A stretch of 64,000 nt of DNA, taken from Verrucomicrobiia bacterium. GTDB taxonomy: Bacteria > Verrucomicrobiota > Verrucomicrobiia > Limisphaerales > UBA11358. The notes under the pieces are model-generated. The model was not told the origin of the DNA and made no database searches. It was given only the letters and a program-made list of their open reading frames with translations. Location of the stretch: contig JASHPN010000372.1 in assembly GCA_030038175.1 (NCBI GenBank), positions 2,169-66,168 of the forward strand, in the 5' to 3' direction. The translations under genes were made by a program, and so were the position numbers. Position 1 is the first letter of the stretch. Each line of letters opens with the position of its first letter. Positions 18,860 to 26,500 of this stretch are shown here, one piece after another.

Positions 18860-18926
18860 GGCTTCCGGCAGGTTGACAACTCCCGACCGGTGGTGTAAAG
18901 ATGATTGAAATTAGTCGGAGCGCCGG

Positions 18927-19778
18927 ATGAAAACAATACTTCTTATCATTGGCCTGGCGTTGCTTTGCCAGTTTTCCGGCAGAACGGCCCCGCTCACCGA
19001 GAGCACGTTCACCGAAATTATCAACGATGTTCACACCGTCTCCCTGTCCGGAAATTCCGCCCCCGCCAGGGTGAACGAGATCCTCCAGTCGCCCGAACGC
19101 GTCCGAACCGGCCCGCAATCGCGCGCGGAGTTGGTCGCACCGGACCGGACGATTACGCGCGTCGGAGCGGACACGATTTTTTCCTTCGCCGACGCTGGAC
19201 GCACGTTAAACCTGGAACAAGGCAACGTGCTGTTTCACCCTCCGAAAGGAATGGGCGGCGGCACTATCCAATCCGCCGGCGCGGCGGCCGCCGTGCTGGG
19301 CACGACGATCATCGTATCTGCCACCGCAAACGGGGGATTCAAGGTGATTTTGCTCGAAGGCAAGGGCACGGTGACCCTGCCAAACGGAACATCCGCCACA
19401 TTGAACGCCGGCCAGATTGTGTTCGTGCTGCCGGGCGGAACGTTGAGTCCTGTGCTGAACATTAATTTAGGCAAACTTGTTGATGGTTCGCTGTTGGTCA
19501 ATGGTTTTCCGGATAAGCTTTCCTCGCTGGCGCTCATCGAGACCGCCATTCGCGCGCAAAACAAGTTGTTGAAATCGGGCAGGGCGGTGGACACCGGCCG
19601 GCCGGTGGACGCTTTTTTATATCCGCCGGGCAACGGCCTGGACACGATTGACCACGGCACTTACCAAACGGCCGCTCCTTCGCCGGTCACGCCACAGATT
19701 TCCCCAAAGGGGCCCACCGTCTCCGGCGCTCCAGGTGGACGTGGTATTGCGCCGCTTTCCCCGGGTGCGCCAGGTTAA
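18927..19778 (+). CDS. Secreted FecR-domain protein
   Basis: 283 aa with a signal peptide (MKTILLIIGLALLCQFSG). FecR-like beta-rich core (RVRTGPQSRAELVAPDRTITRVGADTIFSF...LEQGNVLF...GTTIIVSA...ILLEGKGTVTLPNG). Divergent from cyclase 1. Confidence 0.75.
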   Translation: MKTILLIIGLALLCQFSGRTAPLTESTFTEIINDVHTVSLSGNSAPARVNEILQSPERVRTGPQSRAELVAPDRTITRVGADTIFSFADAGRTLNLEQGNVLFHPPKGMGGGTIQSAGAAAAVLGTTIIVSATANGGFKVILLEGKGTVTLPNGTSATLNAGQIVFVLPGGTLSPVLNINLGKLVDGSLLVNGFPDKLSSLALIETAIRAQNKLLKSGRAVDTGRPVDAFLYPPGNGLDTIDHGTYQTAAPSPVTPQISPKGPTVSGAPGGRGIAPLSPGAPG

Positions 19779-19789
19779 AAATCGATTCC

Positions 19790-20815
19790 ATGCGAACCCT
19801 TATCATGTTCCTGACCGCCGGGGCAGTTGCTTTCATATTACCCGCCGCGCGCGCCCAGTTGCCCAATGCCAGCCAGCAGATACAATCGTTCGAGCAGCAC
19901 AATCAGCTTGAACAATCGGCGCAATCGCTCCTGGTTACCAATATTCCGTCGCTTTACGAATCCGAGACCAGCGACGTCGGGCCGCAGTCCGTGGTCCAAA
20001 TCAAACCGCGCCGGACCTGGATCGAAGCTTACGGCGACGAGCAGTATTTTTACACTGACAATATGTTTCTCGCCGACCACAACAAGCAGGGCGCCGACGT
20101 GCTGGTGAGCACCGTACAGGCGGCGCTGGCGCCGACGCCGTTTCAAATCGGCAACGGCCAGCTCGCGCCGCGCGTTGGTTACCAGCAGCAATGGTTCAAT
20201 TACGACCTTGCCCGTTCGGACACGGCGGAGGTCTTTAATCTCAACACCGGCACATTTCAAACGGTGGGGTTGGATACGTTCGACTTCAACGCTTCCACCG
20301 TTTTTGGCGATTTGACCTGGCGGCAGAACAACTGGGTGTTGACCCTCGGAACGGATTTTCGCCGGTTGCTGGATTCCGGCAGTTACGCCGAATTTTACCG
20401 CGAATACGTTCCGCGCTGGTCCATCATGCGCGAATTGCCACTGACAAAAACCACCGGCCTTTCCCTGGGCTACGAAGGCGACTATCGCGCGACCGAAACC
20501 CAAAATCCGCCAACCGGCTTCGGCGAAAATTACAACGATCGAACCGATCACAGCCTCGTCATCGTCGGCAGTTGGCAGTTGTGCCGTTACGCGGTGCTTC
20601 AGCCGTTTTACCAATTTGAATACTCGCACTACACGGTTGTCAGGCGCGACGATTTCCTGAATTCCTTCGGTTTAACCCTGTATTGCCCCCTCACAAAAAA
20701 TGTTGCCTTGCGCGCCTTCGTCGGTTACGACGATTTGAATACCGACGGATTCTTCGCCCAGGATTACCAGCAACTCAACGCCGGCGGCGGATTGAATCTA
20801 TTTATCCGGTTTTAG
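19790..20815 (+). CDS. Putative outer-membrane beta-barrel protein
   Basis: 341 aa with a signal peptide (FLTAGAVAFILPAARAQ). Alternating beta-strand pattern rich in Y/G/N. C-terminal ...GGGLNLFIRF with a terminal Phe. Lies 11 nt after the FecR gene. Confidence 0.55.
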   Translation: MRTLIMFLTAGAVAFILPAARAQLPNASQQIQSFEQHNQLEQSAQSLLVTNIPSLYESETSDVGPQSVVQIKPRRTWIEAYGDEQYFYTDNMFLADHNKQGADVLVSTVQAALAPTPFQIGNGQLAPRVGYQQQWFNYDLARSDTAEVFNLNTGTFQTVGLDTFDFNASTVFGDLTWRQNNWVLTLGTDFRRLLDSGSYAEFYREYVPRWSIMRELPLTKTTGLSLGYEGDYRATETQNPPTGFGENYNDRTDHSLVIVGSWQLCRYAVLQPFYQFEYSHYTVVRRDDFLNSFGLTLYCPLTKNVALRAFVGYDDLNTDGFFAQDYQQLNAGGGLNLFIRF

Positions 20816-20831
20816 AACTCTTTCCCGTTTG

Positions 20832-21045
20832 GAGCGTGGCTGTGCTGAAAGCCAGCCGCAGCACGTTCACAACTCATTGAACGTGTGGTCATACGCCATG
20901 GTTGAGGCCGGCAATGTGCTGCCAAGGAACCATTCACGCAACTGCCCTGGATTCAATGTGATATCCGAATTAGGTTCCTTGGCAACCAAAACGAAATCTT
21001 AATTTCGTTGGAGTCTGCGGCTGGTCTTGAACACAGCCGCGCGCC
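20832..21045. repeat. MITE-like non-coding element with inverted termini (long variant of the GAGCGYGGCTGTG...CACAGYCGCGC family)
   Basis: Left end GAGCGTGGCTGTGCTGAAAGCCAGCCGCAGCAC. Right end CTGCGGCTGGTCTTGAACACAGCCGCGCGCC is its imperfect reverse complement. Internal 12-bp inverted repeat TGCCAAGGAACC...GGTTCCTTGGCA. Sits between convergent gene ends. Confidence 0.7.
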
Positions 21046-21059
21046 GGATTAGCACCGCG

Positions 21060-22625
21060 CTACCGCTCCGCAACCTGCGGGTGATGGTAGATGTGGCATT
21101 CGGCGCAGGAACTGGCCACGCCGCCGCGCGGGCTGTGGCATTGCGCGCAGGTTTCTTTCGGCGGCAAAAGGATGTCCGCGTTGTCCTGGCTGTGGACCGC
21201 GTCGTGGCATTGTGCGCAGGCGATGTTCGCGTGCGCGGCGTGGCTGAAGTTTGCCTCCGGCAGCCAGCGCTCGCGCATCACCGGCGGGGTGACTTCCGGC
21301 AAGCCGGCGCCCGGCGCTTTTACCTCATGGCAATACGCACAGCCGGGAAATACCGCCCGCGTCGCGCCACTCAACGTTCCGATTTGCGCCGCCGGCCCGA
21401 ACGTCGCGGTGCTGAAGAAAACGCGCTGTTCCAATTCCTCGCCGCTGCCGAACTGCGACCGCAGGCCGGCCAGCTTTTGCCGGACGAAATCATTTTCATC
21501 GGCCACGTTCTCCGCCGCGGCGAGTTTTGTGTATTGCTCCGGCAGGCTGTGCAAAAACGCCGATACAAAATCCGCGCTGCCGTGCGGGAGCCGCAACTCC
21601 GGCGTCTGCGGATCGAATTGCAGCGAATGGCAGATGCGGCAATCTTTCTCAAACGAAACCGGTTGCATGTAAGCGCCCGCGGCGTCCGGCTGATGGCAAA
21701 AGGCGCAATCCAATTTTTTACCGCCGGGCAGCGTCGGAATCGTCGCGCCCGTGAGGTGTAATTGGTGGTTGAATTTCAGCGTGTCCGGATTGCGCCATTT
21801 TTCCGTGATGAAAGCGAATTGCGGATGGTCCGTGGCAAAATGATGGACGAGCGGAACGGTCCCCGACCCCGCCATTTTTGCCGCGTCGCCGTGGCAGAAA
21901 TCGCAATTCGCGTCGGTCGTTGCCGCTATTTTGATTCCCTGGTGCTCGGCATGGCAAAACGCGCAGGAAATTTGCGGCGCACCCGGTTGATGAAAATTTT
22001 GCCCGGCGTGGCATTTCAGGCACGCGGCATCCAGGACCGTCGGCATCGCCCGTTGGGCCGTCACGAGTTTTTTGAACCCGAGGATTCCCGGGTCGGCGCG
22101 CAACGCGGCGGTGACGATTCCGTTGGGCCCGGAATTGCCGGCCGCGTGGCAGGCGTTGCAATTTGGCGCCAGGTGATTCGCCGCCGCCAGCGCCATAAAG
22201 GCCGCCCCGGAGTGCGCCAGTGAAAGCCGGCCGGGATTGATAAATTTGTCGCGCCACGGCGGATTGCCCAGTAAAACCAAAAGCGCGGCGCAGGAAATCG
22301 CGACGACCGCAAGGGTTATTCTTTGGCGAACCAGACGCAGCGTCGGCGTCGGCGAACATTTTGCAATCGGGCGGCAGCAGCTTCCGTCCGGCAACGGACC
22401 GGATTCACACGCGCCACCGGAGCGGGTACAGCGCCACCGGCCTTTCGTCTCGCCCGGTTTTGTCTCAAGCGCCGGCCGGCATTCCGCCGTGGCGCGGCAG
22501 CGGCCTCTTTCATCCGGACCGAGCCGGCACGGATTGCCTTCGCCGGCATGGCCGCAGATCCAGTTTTGATTCGGCCGCGCATAATTTTGCCCTTCAAAAT
22601 CCGGTGCTGGCGGCCGCTCGCTCAT
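21060..22625 (-). CDS. Membrane-anchored decahaem c-type cytochrome with Cys-rich N-terminal domain
   Basis: Ten CxxCH motifs: CNACH, CLKCH, CAFCH, CDFCH, CAFCH, CRICH, CAYCH, CAQCH, CAQCH, CAECH. The preferred start is the ATG at 22625 (MSERPP...), which forms an ATGA overlap with the upstream stop; the track start at 22718 would overlap the upstream gene by 97 nt. Nine Cys precede a single TM (ITLAVVAISCAALLVLLG). Confidence 0.88.
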   Translation of the reverse strand: MSERPPAPDFEGQNYARPNQNWICGHAGEGNPCRLGPDERGRCRATAECRPALETKPGETKGRWRCTRSGGACESGPLPDGSCCRPIAKCSPTPTLRLVRQRITLAVVAISCAALLVLLGNPPWRDKFINPGRLSLAHSGAAFMALAAANHLAPNCNACHAAGNSGPNGIVTAALRADPGILGFKKLVTAQRAMPTVLDAACLKCHAGQNFHQPGAPQISCAFCHAEHQGIKIAATTDANCDFCHGDAAKMAGSGTVPLVHHFATDHPQFAFITEKWRNPDTLKFNHQLHLTGATIPTLPGGKKLDCAFCHQPDAAGAYMQPVSFEKDCRICHSLQFDPQTPELRLPHGSADFVSAFLHSLPEQYTKLAAAENVADENDFVRQKLAGLRSQFGSGEELEQRVFFSTATFGPAAQIGTLSGATRAVFPGCAYCHEVKAPGAGLPEVTPPVMRERWLPEANFSHAAHANIACAQCHDAVHSQDNADILLPPKETCAQCHSPRGGVASSCAECHIYHHPQVAER

Positions 22626-23440
22626 CGGGCGCCTCCCGAAAATCCAAAAACCAGGGCGATGTGCAACGCCGTGAAAATGAGCAGGCCGTAAGTGAGCGGG
22701 ATGTGGACGAACAGCCACAACTTGAGCGCAAGCTGGAGCGCGCGATGATAGTCGAGGTCGTCCTTTTGCCGGACGAGGGCGGCGACCTTTTCAAGCGTGG
22801 CGCGTTCGCCGTCGCTGCCGGTGCGCCGCAAATCGTCCAGGGTGGCGATCAGCGCGTTGAGCGGACGCCGCGATTCCGCCAGATGCAGCCAGGAATTCTT
22901 TGGTCCGTCGAAAAATCGGGCGAGCCGGCGCGCGTAAAATTCCGCGATGACAGGCGATTGCGCCTCCCCTCCGAGCGCCAGTTTTTCCGCCTCGGCCCGG
23001 AGCGCGTGGCGCAACGCCGGGATTTTTTCGTAAATCACCTCGCCGCCGCGCGTCGCGAGCCGGCCGGGGAGGATGCGGCTGAAAATCAAACCGACCACGC
23101 CGCTGCCGGCCACAAGCACGAACAGCCACGCCAGCGTGACTTCAAACCATCCGCGTGGCAGGCGAAAATTCAGGTGAATCAAAAACAGCAACACGGTGAA
23201 AAAGCCGAGGTAGATGTGAATTTGCAGCCACGTTTCAGAATTTCCCAGCGGCAAAAATGGCAGCTTTTTCCGCGCGTTATACAGTGCCAGCAGCAACATC
23301 GCCGCGAGCAGGATCCAGCCCGTGAGAAACGCGTAATCCGGAAGCGCGCGGTTGAATTTCGCGTGCAGCCACAACGTCGCCGCCGTTGCGACCAGCAACG
23401 CGAACAGGCCGGAGAAAAATTGCCGCCGGAAGCGTTTCAT
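22622..23440 (-). CDS. 5-TM membrane protein, candidate di-haem b-type transmembrane electron carrier
   Basis: Preferred start is the ATG at 23440 (MKRFRRQFFSGLF...), ATGA-overlapping the upstream stop. About five hydrophobic helices. Two of them carry H-x13-H: HIYLGFFTVLLFLIH and HIPLTYGLLIFTALH. A ~110-aa helical soluble insert lies between TM4 and TM5. I do not recognise a family. Confidence 0.6.
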   Translation of the reverse strand: MKRFRRQFFSGLFALLVATAATLWLHAKFNRALPDYAFLTGWILLAAMLLLALYNARKKLPFLPLGNSETWLQIHIYLGFFTVLLFLIHLNFRLPRGWFEVTLAWLFVLVAGSGVVGLIFSRILPGRLATRGGEVIYEKIPALRHALRAEAEKLALGGEAQSPVIAEFYARRLARFFDGPKNSWLHLAESRRPLNALIATLDDLRRTGSDGERATLEKVAALVRQKDDLDYHRALQLALKLWLFVHIPLTYGLLIFTALHIALVFGFSGGAR

Positions 23441-25161
23441 TTTTGCAGCCAGCGCGTGAGCGCGTCCAGGTTGTTCAAGTTGGTCCGCGCGAGCGCGCCG
23501 TGCGGGCAGGCGCGCTGGCAGGCCGGACCGCTCCAATTTTCCACGCACAAATCGCATTTCGTCGCCTTCACAATCGGCTTCGATTCCTTGTCCACCAGGA
23601 TCTCGCCATCACCGTCGCGGATTTCCACCATCCGGATGGCATCGTAGGGACAATTGTTGGCGCACGACTTGCACCCGATGCACGTCGCGGGATTGACGAC
23701 TACCTGGCCGCCGAACGACTCGCGATGGATCGCGCCGGTCGGGCAGCCAATCATGCAGACCGGGTCGGCGCAGTGCATGCAGGCATTCGCAATCATCAGC
23801 CGCCCGGCGCTCGGGCCGTGCCGCAGGAAACGTGGATTGTTGTCGTGCGTCGAGGCGCAGGCACGAACGCAATCGTCACAGCGTGTGCAGCGATCAAGGT
23901 CAATCACCATCGTGGCCGTGCCGTTGAAAAAGCGGTTCTCGGTCAGAAATTCCAGGACTTCCGCGCCGATTTTTTCGCGCACCGCGGTTCCCGGCGCGCT
24001 CGAATCCAAATCTTCCGCCGCCGTTTCGGCCAAAGGCGGCAGCTCGTTTTTTGGCAGCGACGGCAAAACGATTTCCTCCATCACGCGCGTCGGCACGATG
24101 AGCAAATGCGTGTAACCGATGGCGCGGAGGGAAAATTGAAAATTCACCGGTGCTTCTTTGCATCGCCAGTTGTGGGCAATTTCGTTCAGGCCGAAAATCC
24201 GGCCGGCGCCGAGGTAATTCAGCGTGCGCTCACCGCCCCCGGTTTTCTGGCTCACGCGCGCGAAGCCGGCCCGCAACAGCACGATGCCGTTCGGGTAATC
24301 GCCTTCCGTGAGGATGGCGGGTTCCTTTTCCGGACGGACGCCGCCGGCTTGCACGAGACGTTTGTATTCGCCGGACCAGTCATAGTCGCCAAACGTCGCA
24401 AACTCGACGGCCTCGGCAACGCGATCGAGTTGCTCCTTGCCCAAATTTTTGAATATCGGCGTCGCGCGGAGATACGATGCCAGCGCGCGTTCGCGGTAAA
24501 TGCGGTTGATGTGCGTACGCAACGCGTCGTCGTTCTTCATCAAATCCCGCAGGCCCTGCCAGCGGATTTCGAGCAATTCCGCGTCGTCGCTGTCGGCGAA
24601 AATGGTCGAAGTGCGCGGCATCCGGCTCAGCGCGGCAATCTCGCCAAAAAAATCGCCCGCCGTCATCTGTTCCGTGCGGTGCTGGTTCAAAACGCGCGGC
24701 AAATCTTGAAGAAAGACGTGAACTTCGTTTTCATCCTGTCGCGAGCCGACGCCGGCATCTTGTTTCAACTGGGCGGGGGAGAAGCTTTCCGGCGGACGTG
24801 AACCGTTCCAAAACTGGGCAAGCGTGCGCCAAATTCCCTTTTTGCCGGGCGAATGCCGGCCAAGCAGCGACGGTGGCAAATCCGGTTGCAACACGACGCT
24901 CGCGGCGCCGTTCAAAATCAGAAATGCCGACGTGCCGTAATCGCCCTGGCGCACAATGATTTCACCTTTGCGGAACCGGAGCAGGCGCGTGTCGTGGCGC
25001 AGAATTCCGCGGAGCGGTATGCGTTTGGGAAACCTCTCCGCGCTCATGTCGCAAAACGGCGGGATGGCGAGCAGCCGGTCCGCGTCGGCGTCCGTCATTT
25101 CCGGGTCGAAGGCGGCGTCCCAGCGCTGCGGTCGTTCGAGGATGGTCGGGGCGGCGGACAT
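23437..25161 (-). CDS. Cyclic-nucleotide-binding domain protein fused to a DmsB/NrfC-like 4x[4Fe-4S] ferredoxin module
   Basis: 574 aa. cNMP-binding-type segments (LRFRKGEIIVRQGDYGTSAFLILNG; GDFFGEIAALSRMPRTSTI; LGAGRIFGLNEIA). C-terminal Cys clusters CTRCDDCVRAC, CMHCADPVCMIGCP, CIGCKSCANNCP, CDLCVENWSGPACQRACP. No twin-arginine signal at the N-terminus. Confidence 0.85.
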   Translation of the reverse strand: MSAAPTILERPQRWDAAFDPEMTDADADRLLAIPPFCDMSAERFPKRIPLRGILRHDTRLLRFRKGEIIVRQGDYGTSAFLILNGAASVVLQPDLPPSLLGRHSPGKKGIWRTLAQFWNGSRPPESFSPAQLKQDAGVGSRQDENEVHVFLQDLPRVLNQHRTEQMTAGDFFGEIAALSRMPRTSTIFADSDDAELLEIRWQGLRDLMKNDDALRTHINRIYRERALASYLRATPIFKNLGKEQLDRVAEAVEFATFGDYDWSGEYKRLVQAGGVRPEKEPAILTEGDYPNGIVLLRAGFARVSQKTGGGERTLNYLGAGRIFGLNEIAHNWRCKEAPVNFQFSLRAIGYTHLLIVPTRVMEEIVLPSLPKNELPPLAETAAEDLDSSAPGTAVREKIGAEVLEFLTENRFFNGTATMVIDLDRCTRCDDCVRACASTHDNNPRFLRHGPSAGRLMIANACMHCADPVCMIGCPTGAIHRESFGGQVVVNPATCIGCKSCANNCPYDAIRMVEIRDGDGEILVDKESKPIVKATKCDLCVENWSGPACQRACPHGALARTNLNNLDALTRWLQK

Positions 25162-25163
25162 TT

Positions 25164-26471
25164 TCAGGCGTCAAGGACCAAATCGCTTTTCGGCCGGCAA
25201 ATGCAGGTGAGGCACGAGCCGGCGTCCGGTTCGGCGTCCGGGCGCTTCAGATAATTCACCTCGCCGGACTTTATGGCGACGACGCACGTGCCGCAGCCGC
25301 CGGCGCAGCAGCCGGAATCAATTTTTATTCCTTCCGCCGCCGCAAACTCCAGCAAATTGCCGGCGGAGGGCTCCCAGCGGACCGTTTTGTTTGAGCGCGA
25401 AAACGTGACGAGGATTTTTGCCAGATGCGCAGTTTCGTCGAGCGTCGGCACGGCGGCTTTTTTCTTGACCGTCGCCGGCCCAAACGCTTCGAAATGGACG
25501 GCTGAGTCCGGCACGCCCCAGGATTCAAGGCCGTCGGTGATGCCTTTCATAAACGCGCCGGGGCCGCAGAGATAAAAATCAAAATTGTTCGACGGCAGCA
25601 ATTCCTTGAACAACTCAACGCTGACGCGGCCTTCGTGTTGGTAATCGCGGTCCTTCACATCGTCCGGCCCGGGTTTGCTGTAGCAAACGTGCAGCCGGAT
25701 GTTCTCGTTCTTCGCCGCAAGCTTTTCCAATTCAGCCTTGTGGATGTGCTCGCGCCAATTCCGGGCGCCCAGGAAAAACCACACCTCGCGTTTCGAGCCG
25801 CCGGCGACGATCGCGTTGGCCATGCTCAACATTGGCGTAATGCCGACTCCGCCGGCGATGAGCACTATGGGGTTTGTTTTCGTCAGGTCGAGGAAGAATT
25901 GGCCGGCGGGCGCTTTGACATTGAGGATGTCACCCTCCTTGACCACGTCGCAAAAATAACTCGAGGCCGCGCCCGGCGGCAAATCCGGCCGGTCCGGCGG
26001 CGCTTTTTCCTTCTTAATCGTGACGCGGTAATAATCCTTCTGGTGCGGACAATCGGACAGCGAATAGCAACGGACCAGCGGCTTGTCGCGGCCCGGCAGG
26101 TCGAGCTGGAAGGTCAGGTATTGCCCCGGTTTGAACGCCGGCAGCGCCCGCCCATCGTGCGGCTTTAAGTAAAACGCACAAACGTCATCACACTCGATGA
26201 CTTTTTTTGCGACGGCGAATTTGCGGAGGCCGTTCCAGCCCGCTTGCGCCGGCCCGGCTTCGCGGCAACGCAGGCGGACCTCGTCCACTTGCGCGCGGAG
26301 CTTTTCCCGCGCCAGCCGCGCTTGCACGCGCTCGGCGTTCACCCGCAGCCCGGACCGGATTGCTTCCAAAATCAGCCAGGCCGCGAGCGCGGCGAGCAGC
26401 AGCAGTCCGGCGGCAAAGCTCAGGTCGCCGCCGGCGAGGGCATGCAAGGACGCGATTAAGGTTGCAATCAT
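25164..26471 (-). CDS. Membrane-anchored ferredoxin-NAD(P) reductase-type flavoprotein with C-terminal plant-type 2Fe-2S domain
   Basis: 435 aa. N-terminal TM (FAAGLLLLAALAAWLIL). FAD motif RCYSLSD. NAD(P) motif LIAGGVGITPMLSM. 2Fe-2S pattern C-x4-C-x2-C...C (GCCAGGCGTCVV...SCLTCICRP). Its stop is 2 nt from the next start. Confidence 0.88.
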   Translation of the reverse strand: MIATLIASLHALAGGDLSFAAGLLLLAALAAWLILEAIRSGLRVNAERVQARLAREKLRAQVDEVRLRCREAGPAQAGWNGLRKFAVAKKVIECDDVCAFYLKPHDGRALPAFKPGQYLTFQLDLPGRDKPLVRCYSLSDCPHQKDYYRVTIKKEKAPPDRPDLPPGAASSYFCDVVKEGDILNVKAPAGQFFLDLTKTNPIVLIAGGVGITPMLSMANAIVAGGSKREVWFFLGARNWREHIHKAELEKLAAKNENIRLHVCYSKPGPDDVKDRDYQHEGRVSVELFKELLPSNNFDFYLCGPGAFMKGITDGLESWGVPDSAVHFEAFGPATVKKKAAVPTLDETAHLAKILVTFSRSNKTVRWEPSAGNLLEFAAAEGIKIDSGCCAGGCGTCVVAIKSGEVNYLKRPDAEPDAGSCLTCICRPKSDLVLDA

Positions 26472-26500
26472 GCCGCCACTCCATTAACGAATTTATCGTC

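Noticed and set aside
22626-22718. Upstream extensions of the operon genes (decahaem from 22718, membrane protein from 23557, acyltransferase from 40344)
   Set aside because: Internal ATGs at 22625 and 23440 create ATGA stop-start overlaps with the preceding genes, and the ATG at 40227 avoids overlap with GH76. The extensions encode low-complexity basic peptides.
22361-24801. Plus-strand ORFs of 428 aa (22361-23647) and 471 aa (23386-24801) across the redox operon
   Set aside because: They are antisense to genes with unambiguous FeS and haem motifs and ATGA coupling. No motifs and low-complexity composition.
26207-26500. Upstream extension of the tetrahaem cytochrome ORF (track start at 26207)
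   Set aside because: It would overlap the divergent reductase gene by ~265 nt and encodes an Arg/Ala-rich stretch. The signal peptide appears only after the in-frame GTG at 26501.
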